Part shown: in pieces, positions 1 to 8,448 of the stretch
Layout of the letters: every line of letters starts with the position of its first letter
Position numbering within the stretch: the stretch's first letter is position 1
NCBI GenBank assembly: GCA_964438075.1
Contig: CAYTIW010000007.1
Coordinates: forward strand, 1 to 64,000
Source of the DNA: an uncultured Planctomycetales bacterium
GTDB lineage: Bacteria > Omnitrophota > Gorgyraeia > Zapsychrales > Fredricksoniimonadaceae
Direction: 5' to 3'
DNA: 64,000 nucleotides
The notes under the pieces: generated by a model
Database searches by the model: none
Told to the model about the DNA's origin: nothing
What the model saw: only the letters and a program-made list of their open reading frames with translations
Made by a program: the position numbers and the translations under genes

Positions 1-3000
1 GTGAACTGGGAAGACGTGGAGGCGTTGACGAAGACGGGAGTGAATTGGACGGATATAGAGGTTATAAGCAAGACGGGTATTAACTGGACAGATCTGGAAA
101 ATATTTCCAAAACAGGAATAAATTGGGCTGATTTGAATGCTTTGACTTTGGCAGGGATAAACTGGACCGATATTGAAACAATCTCCAAGACTGGTATCAA
201 TTGGACGGACCTCGAGGTCATGACGGTCGAAGGAGTTAATTGGAGCGATATAAACAAATTAAGTGATACCGGCATAAATTGGGCTGATATCGATGTGCTG
301 AGCAGAACCGGCATTAATTGGTTGGATATTGAATCCATGAGTAATAGAGGAATTAACTGGTACGATCTAAGTGCTTTGTCTACAACAGGTATTAATTGGC
401 TGGATATTGAAGTCATATCTGATACTGGAATTAATTGGATGGATGTGGCGTCTCTATCGAGTTCCGGAATAAATTGGAATGACATGGAGATGTTTTCCAA
501 TGCCGGGATCAATTGGTCCGATCTAGAGTCAATGACCCGGACAGGTGTGAATTGGACCGATCTGCAAATTATGAGCAACTCCGGGATCAACTGGAACGAT
601 TTAGACATAATGAGTACGGTGAGTGTTAACTGGACGGACATAGCTACGTTGTCATCGAGTGGAGTGAATTGGACGGATATCGAAGCGCTTTCCACGACCG
701 GCATAAATTGGTCCGACTTGAACGCCATGACTTTGGCTGGAGTTAATTGGGCAGATATTGAGGCGTTATCCCACACAGGTATCAATTGGTTAGACCTGGG
801 AACGATGACCTTGTCAGGTGTAAACTGGGATGACATCAATTCTATGACGTTAGCCGGGGTTAATTGGAGCGACATTGAAACGATCTCCCAAGCGGGTATT
901 AACTGGACTGATATAGAAACCTGGACCAAAGCGGGCATAAATTGGACAGATTTTGAAACTATGACCGTGTCTGGAATTAATTGGGATGATCTGCAGGAAG
1001 CCACAAATTCGGCGGTAAATTGGACTGATATCCAGGCACTCTCCTTGGCTGGTATCAATTGGATAGATTTTGGTAGTCTGTCTAATGCGGCTATTAACTG
1101 GACGGATTTGGAGGCAATGACGAAAGAAGGTATTAATTGGACGGATGTGAGTGCTTTATCGAATATAGGTATGAACTGGTCTGATCTGCAATCGATGACC
1201 ATCTCCGCTATTAATTGGGCAGATATGGTGACTATGAGTAGTGCTGAAATCAATTGGGAAGACCTGGCGGTCATGAGTTCGACTGGATTGAATTGGGAAG
1301 ATATCGGCATTTTAAGCGCCGCCGGAGTTAATTGGTCGGATCTGGATATCATGAGCAGAAGCGAGATCAACTGGTCTGATCTATCGGTGCTGACTTCTTC
1401 GGCTATCAATTGGATGGACATGGAAGTTCTATCGAAGAGCGGCTTGAACTGGGCCGATCTGGAATCTATGACGGTTGCAGGTGTGAATTGGACGGATATT
1501 GAAGCATTGAGTAAGACTGGGGTTAATTGGATTGATATCGAACGGCTATCAAGCAGTGACATAAATTGGGAGGATATCGAACGCATATCAACTTCATCCA
1601 TAAACTGGACAGATATAGAACAATTATCTGTTTCGGGAATCAATTGGGCCGATATGGCCACCCTGAGCGCATCAGAGATCAACTGGGCAGATATAGCCGC
1701 CATGTCTTCGGAAGCTGTGAATTGGCTGGATTTGGAAGTATTGAGTAAGACGGGTGTAAATTGGGCCGACTGGGAGGCGATGACCGTTGCTGGTGTAAAT
1801 TGGACGGATATGGAAGCAATATCCAAAGCGGCGATCAACTGGACCGATCTGGAGACCATGACCGTCACTGGGGTAAATTGGATGGATCTGGAATCAATTT
1901 CCAAGACGGGTATCAACTGGTCAGATCTAAACGCCATGACCGTCGCTGGGGTGAATTGGACGGACATGGAAGTTTTAAGCAAGTCGGCGGTAAATTGGAT
2001 GGATATGCAGACACTTTCATCAGCAGCCATTAACTGGGTTGATATGAGTGCGATGTCGTTAGCGGGAGTCAATTGGACAGATTTGGAAATTCTGTCAGAA
2101 CAAGGTGTGAATTGGATCGACATTGAAACACTTAGTACGGCAGGTATAAATTGGGAAGATATACAGTCGCTTACAACTTCCTCTATTAACTGGGGGGATA
2201 TTGAAGTTATAAGCAAGACGGGAGTTAATTGGGAAGATATATCCGCCTTGAGTTCAACTGGAGTTAACTGGACCGATCTGCAGTCAATGACGATGGCAGG
2301 TGTAAATTGGACGGATTTGGAGACCATTTCCAAGACGGAAATAAACTGGATGGATTTGTCTGCCATGACCCTGTCCGGGGTCAATTGGAACGATATTTCC
2401 GCTATGAGTGCGAACGGAGTTAACTGGACCGACTTGCAGTCGATGAGCATGGCGGGGGTCAATTGGACAGATATGGAGTACCTTACCACTGCAGAGGTCA
2501 ATTGGTCGGATCTGGGAACTTTGAGCAACGCTGGTATTAATTGGTTGGATATAGATTCTTTAAGCAATACCGGCATTAACTGGTCAGATATCAATATCAT
2601 GTCTGATGCCGGAGTTAATTGGTCGGACATTGCTTACCTTACCTCATCGAATGTGAACTGGACCGACCTCGAATCCCTAACCAAAACCTCTGTAAATTGG
2701 GCTGACCTCGAGTCCATCACCAAGGCAGCTATCAACTGGACCGACCTGGAATCCATGACCAAGGCTTCCGTCAACTGGACCGACCTCGCAGCATTAACAG
2801 TCACGGGTGTTAATTGGGCGGACATAGAAGCCATTTCAAAATCCGCGATCAACTGGACCGATCTACAGTCAATGACGATGGCCGGTGTAAATTGGACCGA
2901 TCTCGGCGCTATGACATTGACGGGAATTAATTGGGACGATATGCAGGTTCTGCATGAAAATGGGGTTAACTGGGACGACTTGGCGTTCATGAGCCGCGCT

Positions 3001-6000
3001 GATGTTAACTGGACCGATCTGAGCGTTCTGACCGATGCCGGGGTCAACTGGACAGACATGGAGACCTTGTCCCACAGTAATCTTAATTGGTCAGATCTGG
3101 AAGTGATGACCAACGCCGCAGTTAATTGGGCCGACTGGTCCTCTATCAGCACCTCGGCTATAAATTGGGGTGATATGAACACACTGACCTCATCAGCTAT
3201 TAATTGGTCCTCTCTGGGAGATATGACCATCAGCGGAATTAACTGGTCTAGTTTCTCTGACATGACCGTGAGCGGGATAAACTGGACCGACATCGGAACC
3301 ATGACCGACTCGGGTGTGAATTGGGAAGACATCGGCATTATGAGCTCTGCCGGAGTGAACTGGACAGATATGGAGAAAATGTCCCTGACAGGGATCAACT
3401 GGAGCGATATCCAGTCCATGAGCGATACGGGTATCAATTGGACCGACCTCGGTGCCATGGCCGCGGCAGGTGTTAATTGGTACGATATGGAATATATGAG
3501 CGATGCCGGTATTAACTGGATGGACATTGAAACCTTGACGAATAGAGGGATCAATTGGGTTGATATCGAATCTTTATCACTAGCCGGTATCAACTGGTCG
3601 GATATTGGTACTATGAGCAGTTCTGGTGTCAACTGGACGGATCTGCAGACTTTAACTGAGACAGGTGTTAACTGGGATGACCTGCAGTCTCTGACTTTTG
3701 CGGGAGTGAATTGGAGCGATCTCGGCTCCTTAAGTACCTCTAGTGTAAATTGGGCTGACCTGGTTTCGATGACTCAAAATGGCGTTAACTGGACCGACTT
3801 GTCGGTGATGTCTGATGCCGGAGTCAATTGGTCCGATTTCTCTGTCTGGACGGCTGCCGGGGTCAACTGGGATGATTTCGCCGTATTGACAGATTCAGGC
3901 ATCAATTGGAACGATTTGGAAATGATGAGCGAATCATCATTGAACTGGGCCGATCTGGCGTCTATGACCCTCAATGGTGTGAATTGGGCTGATCTCTCCA
4001 CATTGAGCGAAGCGGGCGTTAATTGGACCGACCTGTCTGTAATGAACTCTATGGGTGTAAATTGGGCTGACCTGAATGCTATGACAACTGCGTCGGTAAA
4101 TTGGGAAAGTTTGGAAGTGTTGACCAAGACCGATATCAATTGGGATGACCTGCAGACTATGACTGTTTCAGGAGTTAATTGGATGGACCTTGCGACAATG
4201 TCCGATGCCGGTGTGAACTGGATCGATATAGAGTCCATGAGTAAGGCTGATGTTAATTGGACCGGCATCGAATATCTATCCCAGGCAGGCGTGAATTGGG
4301 ATGATCTCTCAGTATTGAGTGACTCAAGTGTGAACTGGATGGATATGGAATACATGAGTAAAGCTGCGGTTAACTGGACCGACCTCATGCAGATGAGCGT
4401 TTCCGGAGTCAATTGGCTGGACCTGGGCGATATGACAGGGGCAGGGGTTAACTGGAGTGATATCAACGCCATGACTTCGGCCGGTGTGAATTGGACTGAA
4501 CTCCAATCCATGTCCGAGACCGGTGTGAATTGGGATGACCTGTCGGCCCTGACTTCGGCAGGTGTTAATTGGGTTGATCTGGAGGCGATGACAGTGTCCG
4601 GGGTGAACTGGACCGACCTCATGCAGATGAGCGTTTCCGGAGTCAATTGGCTGGATCTGGGCGATATGACAGGGGCGGATGTTAACTGGAGCGATATCAG
4701 TACTCTCTCTGCCGCCGGTATTAATTGGGACGACATCACTACCCTCAGTACGGTCGGGGTCAACTGGGCGGACCTTTCGACCATGTCTTCGGCGGGAGTG
4801 AACTGGTATGATGTTGGTTCTTTGTCTTTAGCTGGTGTCAATTGGGAATATTTCGAAGAGTTCTCTACGGCAGGTGTCAATTGGGATGACTTGTCCATAT
4901 TGAGTTCTGCAGGGGTCAACTGGACCGACCTCAATTCGATGACTTCGGCTTCGGTGAATTGGGAAGGTTTGGAGATATTGACCAAGACCGATATCAATTG
5001 GGATAATTTCGGGGCGATGACAACTGCCGGTACGAATTGGGATGCGTTCTCGTTCATGACCACGGCCGGCGTCAACTGGGATGAATTAGCTTCAATAACA
5101 TATACCGGTGTCAACTGGGATGACCTGCAATCGTTGACCGATGCTGGAATTAATTGGAATGACCTGCAGTATATGACCTCTACAGCTGTCAATTGGACCG
5201 GTCTGGAGGCGATTTCAAACACTACTGTGAACTGGGAAGATCTCGCCTCTATGACCTCGGCGGGAGTGAATTGGAATAGTCTGGAATTTATGTCCAGCGC
5301 CGGGATCAACTGGTCCGATTTCGAGTCCTTGACCAATAAGGGTATAAATTGGGATGACATCAGCAAAATGGCCAGTTCGACTATCAATTGGTCAGATTTC
5401 GAGAACCTGACCGAAGCCGGAATAAATTGGGATGGATTAAGTGTCATGTCAGAAACGGCTATCAATTGGGATGACCTTATGGCTTTGAGTGTATCGGGCA
5501 TCAATTGGCTCGATTTTGCATATTTGTCTCAAGCCGGGGTCAATTGGGAAGATATCGAGAGCATGACAGTAGCTGGTGCTAACTGGGAAGACCTGACGAT
5601 GATGGGCAGTGCGGGCATCAATTGGGATGCCCTGTCCTATATGTCCGCCGCCAATGTGAACTGGGATAGTTTGCAATCATTGTCCGTGGCTCAGATGAAC
5701 TGGCAGGGACTGAGTGACATCTCTCTCGCTGGTGTAAATTGGGAGAACATCGGCGATATGTCCAGAGATGGGGTCAATTGGCTTGACGTAGGGGCATTAT
5801 CCGAAGCGGGTATCAACTGGTCGGATTTCACTCAACTGACGAACACCGGTATCAACTGGGAAGATGTAAGGACTTTGAGCGAAACCGGTATTAATTGGAA
5901 CAGCATCGGCGAAATGGCAGAGGCGGGTATCAATTGGCAGGGCATCTACACCTTGAGCTATGCGGACATTAACTGGGAGGGGATCGGTGATATGTCCACC

Positions 6001-6390
6001 AGTGGTATTAATTGGCTGGATATCGGCCTGCTTTCCCAGGCCGGGGTCAACTGGGCTGAGATCGCAACGATGTCGTATGCGGACTTGAATTGGGATGAGA
6101 TAGCGGTAATGACGGATAGCGGGATCAACTGGTATAGCATAGGCGATATGACAGCTTCGCAGATCAACTGGAACGACGTGGCGGTTATTTTTGAATCCAG
6201 TATCAATTGGGATGATCTGAGTGTGATGTCTACCCGAGAGGTGAACTGGGCTGACGTCACTGTTATGACCACTTCCGATGTTAACTGGGGTGACGTGGGT
6301 GGTTTCTCCACGACCGGTGTCAATTGGGCAGATATGGCCAGGATGACCCATTCTAATATAGACTGGAGAGAAATGAGTTATTTCTCTGCC
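1..6390 (+). repeat. In-frame 39-bp (13-codon) tandem repeat array with diverged copies
   Basis: AAYTGG (Asn-Trp) recurs every 39 nt from base 4 to about 6365. Copies differ at many synonymous and non-synonymous positions. A local 26-aa super-period alternates ..[IL]SK[TS]G.. with ..MT[VLM][AS]G.. units. Confidence 0.9.
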
Positions 6391-7083
6391 AATGCCAGGA
6401 CCTTGGTTTCGAATATCCAGGATATATTCGATAATATCGGAAGCGATCCCACAACGACTGACCAAACGACCTTGTTCGGCAAGATCAACCGGATGATCAC
6501 CGCTATCAACGATGTTGATATCAATACGATCGTCAGCATATTGGGAACAGCTGCGGATACCAAAGCTTCCAATACTATCTTTGGAGATCTTAATGCGGTC
6601 CAAGCGGCTATAGGTGATCCCAGCACCAGCAGCACTGTTTTCGAGCAAATGGATGTCATTCAGGACTTTGCCAAGAAAGGCAAGGACAGCGCCGATGCCG
6701 CTTTAGGGGTCACCAAGAATATAGAAAGCGATCTGGGGGTTTTTGGCCAGACCCCGACGACATATGAGAAACTCAGGCAGCTGGAGGATTATATCAAGAA
6801 TATTCAGCAGGCTGCGCTGGAATTGGGACCAAAACAGGAAGCCACGAGCGCGGTTGCCGATCAACTGGTAGAAATGGTACGTCAGATAATCAATGAACAG
6901 GCAAAGCAGGTCGGCTTGGAGACGACCGGGATGATGATAGAGAAACTCTCCAAACAGCAGTCCGAAGATGTCGAAAAGATCAACGAGAAGCTGGAAGAGA
7001 TCGATGCCAAGATCAGGGCTTTGCAGGAAGCTATGAAAGCCGATGACGTCGTTATCAAGACCTGGTTTGAAAGTGAGGAGTAA
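1..7083 (+). CDS. Giant tandem-repeat protein with its N-terminus cut by the window edge (2360 aa visible). About 160 consecutive 13-aa units G-[VI]-N-W-x-D-[LIM]-x-x-[LM]-[ST]-x-x, then a ~250-aa non-repeat helical C-terminal domain. Function unknown.
   Basis: One open frame runs from base 1 to TAA at 7081-7083, and it is already open at base 1, so the true start lies upstream. The translation is almost pure 13-aa periodicity (TGVNWTDIEVISK, TGINWTDLENISK ...) with invariant N-W and a D two residues after W. The last recognisable unit is near aa 2110 (SNIDWREMSYFSA). It is followed by a D/E/K/Q-rich tail ending IKTWFESEE. I recognise no family. Confidence 0.85.
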   Translation: MNWEDVEALTKTGVNWTDIEVISKTGINWTDLENISKTGINWADLNALTLAGINWTDIETISKTGINWTDLEVMTVEGVNWSDINKLSDTGINWADIDVLSRTGINWLDIESMSNRGINWYDLSALSTTGINWLDIEVISDTGINWMDVASLSSSGINWNDMEMFSNAGINWSDLESMTRTGVNWTDLQIMSNSGINWNDLDIMSTVSVNWTDIATLSSSGVNWTDIEALSTTGINWSDLNAMTLAGVNWADIEALSHTGINWLDLGTMTLSGVNWDDINSMTLAGVNWSDIETISQAGINWTDIETWTKAGINWTDFETMTVSGINWDDLQEATNSAVNWTDIQALSLAGINWIDFGSLSNAAINWTDLEAMTKEGINWTDVSALSNIGMNWSDLQSMTISAINWADMVTMSSAEINWEDLAVMSSTGLNWEDIGILSAAGVNWSDLDIMSRSEINWSDLSVLTSSAINWMDMEVLSKSGLNWADLESMTVAGVNWTDIEALSKTGVNWIDIERLSSSDINWEDIERISTSSINWTDIEQLSVSGINWADMATLSASEINWADIAAMSSEAVNWLDLEVLSKTGVNWADWEAMTVAGVNWTDMEAISKAAINWTDLETMTVTGVNWMDLESISKTGINWSDLNAMTVAGVNWTDMEVLSKSAVNWMDMQTLSSAAINWVDMSAMSLAGVNWTDLEILSEQGVNWIDIETLSTAGINWEDIQSLTTSSINWGDIEVISKTGVNWEDISALSSTGVNWTDLQSMTMAGVNWTDLETISKTEINWMDLSAMTLSGVNWNDISAMSANGVNWTDLQSMSMAGVNWTDMEYLTTAEVNWSDLGTLSNAGINWLDIDSLSNTGINWSDINIMSDAGVNWSDIAYLTSSNVNWTDLESLTKTSVNWADLESITKAAINWTDLESMTKASVNWTDLAALTVTGVNWADIEAISKSAINWTDLQSMTMAGVNWTDLGAMTLTGINWDDMQVLHENGVNWDDLAFMSRADVNWTDLSVLTDAGVNWTDMETLSHSNLNWSDLEVMTNAAVNWADWSSISTSAINWGDMNTLTSSAINWSSLGDMTISGINWSSFSDMTVSGINWTDIGTMTDSGVNWEDIGIMSSAGVNWTDMEKMSLTGINWSDIQSMSDTGINWTDLGAMAAAGVNWYDMEYMSDAGINWMDIETLTNRGINWVDIESLSLAGINWSDIGTMSSSGVNWTDLQTLTETGVNWDDLQSLTFAGVNWSDLGSLSTSSVNWADLVSMTQNGVNWTDLSVMSDAGVNWSDFSVWTAAGVNWDDFAVLTDSGINWNDLEMMSESSLNWADLASMTLNGVNWADLSTLSEAGVNWTDLSVMNSMGVNWADLNAMTTASVNWESLEVLTKTDINWDDLQTMTVSGVNWMDLATMSDAGVNWIDIESMSKADVNWTGIEYLSQAGVNWDDLSVLSDSSVNWMDMEYMSKAAVNWTDLMQMSVSGVNWLDLGDMTGAGVNWSDINAMTSAGVNWTELQSMSETGVNWDDLSALTSAGVNWVDLEAMTVSGVNWTDLMQMSVSGVNWLDLGDMTGADVNWSDISTLSAAGINWDDITTLSTVGVNWADLSTMSSAGVNWYDVGSLSLAGVNWEYFEEFSTAGVNWDDLSILSSAGVNWTDLNSMTSASVNWEGLEILTKTDINWDNFGAMTTAGTNWDAFSFMTTAGVNWDELASITYTGVNWDDLQSLTDAGINWNDLQYMTSTAVNWTGLEAISNTTVNWEDLASMTSAGVNWNSLEFMSSAGINWSDFESLTNKGINWDDISKMASSTINWSDFENLTEAGINWDGLSVMSETAINWDDLMALSVSGINWLDFAYLSQAGVNWEDIESMTVAGANWEDLTMMGSAGINWDALSYMSAANVNWDSLQSLSVAQMNWQGLSDISLAGVNWENIGDMSRDGVNWLDVGALSEAGINWSDFTQLTNTGINWEDVRTLSETGINWNSIGEMAEAGINWQGIYTLSYADINWEGIGDMSTSGINWLDIGLLSQAGVNWAEIATMSYADLNWDEIAVMTDSGINWYSIGDMTASQINWNDVAVIFESSINWDDLSVMSTREVNWADVTVMTTSDVNWGDVGGFSTTGVNWADMARMTHSNIDWREMSYFSANARTLVSNIQDIFDNIGSDPTTTDQTTLFGKINRMITAINDVDINTIVSILGTAADTKASNTIFGDLNAVQAAIGDPSTSSTVFEQMDVIQDFAKKGKDSADAALGVTKNIESDLGVFGQTPTTYEKLRQLEDYIKNIQQAALELGPKQEATSAVADQLVEMVRQIINEQAKQVGLETTGMMIEKLSKQQSEDVEKINEKLEEIDAKIRALQEAMKADDVVIKTWFESEE

Positions 7084-7086
7084 GCA

Positions 7087-8433
7087 ATGGTGGGACAGGG
7101 GCGTGGTTTTAAATTCCCGGTCCGGCGGATCGTTGCTCTGTGGTCTTTTGTTCTGTATCTTTTTTTATCCCTGCCTGTCTTCTCGGATGTTGTGATCAAC
7201 GTGTTGGCTGTTAACGGTTCCGACAAGACGATCGAGAAAGATATCCAGTTCAGTCTTCCAGGGGAGATCACGCCCCCTGACCTGGTAGACGCGGCAGGGC
7301 TGAATTTGGACTATAATTTTAATGATTCTGGATACTATTTGCATGGCAAAGTATCTTTGCAGGCCAAGGAAACGAAGACCCTGCGCGTAAAGATACGCGA
7401 TGTTTGGCAATTATCCGACCAGGATGTAAATGCCATCAGGACCGAGATCGAGCAAGGCTTCAAGGAGATGGGCGCCGAACGTAACAAGGATAATGGAGAG
7501 CTATTAAGGAAAAAGCTGGTTGATAAACTGGAGTATATCTTAGCCGACCAAGCCCAGAACGCGGAGAACGTTGAAACACGCATCGATACTTATCGTAATC
7601 ATATCCAGACGCTGAATGAAATAAGGTCCCAAGCCAGGGCCATTGATTATTGGCGTTCGGATGCCAAGGAACCAGAGAACAATAAGACTGTTTATTACAA
7701 AGTTTTGGTTGAGAACCCCGGCGATAAGACCAGGAAGGTGAAGCAGCATCATTATCTGCCGAAAGAGGTCCTGCCGGAATATATTATCGACCGCAAAGGG
7801 TACGAGATACGTTTTGATGACAAAAAAAATCGGCCCTTTCTCTTTAAAGAAGAGGACATAGCTTCGAAGGAAAAAAAAGAAGTAAGTTTTGCTATCAGAG
7901 ACAAATGGTATATTCCTCAGAACGAAATAAGCTATGTACGTGAAAGGGCCAAATATGTAAATGATATCCTGGCCAAGTCCAAATATGTGGAGACCTCGCG
8001 GGGGCTTTTTAATAATATCACTAATTACCTGGACTTGATCGATATGCTGCAGAAGATCGAGCAGCCGGATATTCAGCAACATATCGGGGCTTATCGGCTT
8101 AATGAGGACCGGTTCGAGAAGGCCAAATCTGATCTGGATGATATAGAAAAGCTGCTTTCGCGCCACCGGGCCGAACTGGAGAAGAGCAAGGTCAAGAATG
8201 TCTTGCAGAAGATACAGTCCATGAAATCGCTGGCGCGTGTTTCTCAGGCGATTTTTGACAAGAAACCGACCGTGAATGCCGCTTGGAAGATAATCGGCAG
8301 CGTGCTGATCTTCTTAGGTATTTTTTCTATCATACATTTTGCGACTTGGTTTGCGCGTTCCTCGCGTGAAAGAAAACAGGAGCTTTTAAAAGAGGCAGAG
8401 GCTCAAGCGCATTCGCAGACCAAATCTGGATAA
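7087..8433 (+). CDS. Bitopic or secreted-and-anchored protein with two internally duplicated beta-rich modules and helical spacers. Function unknown.
   Basis: The ATG lies 4 nt after the preceding stop. There is an N-terminal hydrophobic signal/anchor (IVALWSFVLYLFLSLPVFS) and a C-terminal TM (AAWKIIGSVLIFLGIFSIIHFATWF). aa 34-107 and aa 201-274 align to each other (N.G(S)DKT, LP.E, both ending IRD[VK]W). Confidence 0.7.
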   Translation: MVGQGRGFKFPVRRIVALWSFVLYLFLSLPVFSDVVINVLAVNGSDKTIEKDIQFSLPGEITPPDLVDAAGLNLDYNFNDSGYYLHGKVSLQAKETKTLRVKIRDVWQLSDQDVNAIRTEIEQGFKEMGAERNKDNGELLRKKLVDKLEYILADQAQNAENVETRIDTYRNHIQTLNEIRSQARAIDYWRSDAKEPENNKTVYYKVLVENPGDKTRKVKQHHYLPKEVLPEYIIDRKGYEIRFDDKKNRPFLFKEEDIASKEKKEVSFAIRDKWYIPQNEISYVRERAKYVNDILAKSKYVETSRGLFNNITNYLDLIDMLQKIEQPDIQQHIGAYRLNEDRFEKAKSDLDDIEKLLSRHRAELEKSKVKNVLQKIQSMKSLARVSQAIFDKKPTVNAAWKIIGSVLIFLGIFSIIHFATWFARSSRERKQELLKEAEAQAHSQTKSG

Positions 8434-8448
8434 TAACTTCGGAGATTT

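Noticed and set aside
2634-5504. Long minus-strand ORFs (332 aa at 2634-3632, 576 aa at 3774-5504, and 5797-6648) antisense to the repeat gene
   Set aside because: Their translations are themselves 13-aa periodic (..SQLIPA.., ..VQLTPA..). They are the mirror image of the sense repeat, which happens to lack antisense stop codons. They have no independent start context and are fully nested in the 7-kb sense ORF.
1-6390. The regular 39-bp periodicity could be mistaken for a CRISPR array or satellite
   Set aside because: There is no alternation of conserved repeats with unique spacers. The periodicity is continuous, stays in one reading frame, and encodes a coherent protein with conserved residues at fixed positions.
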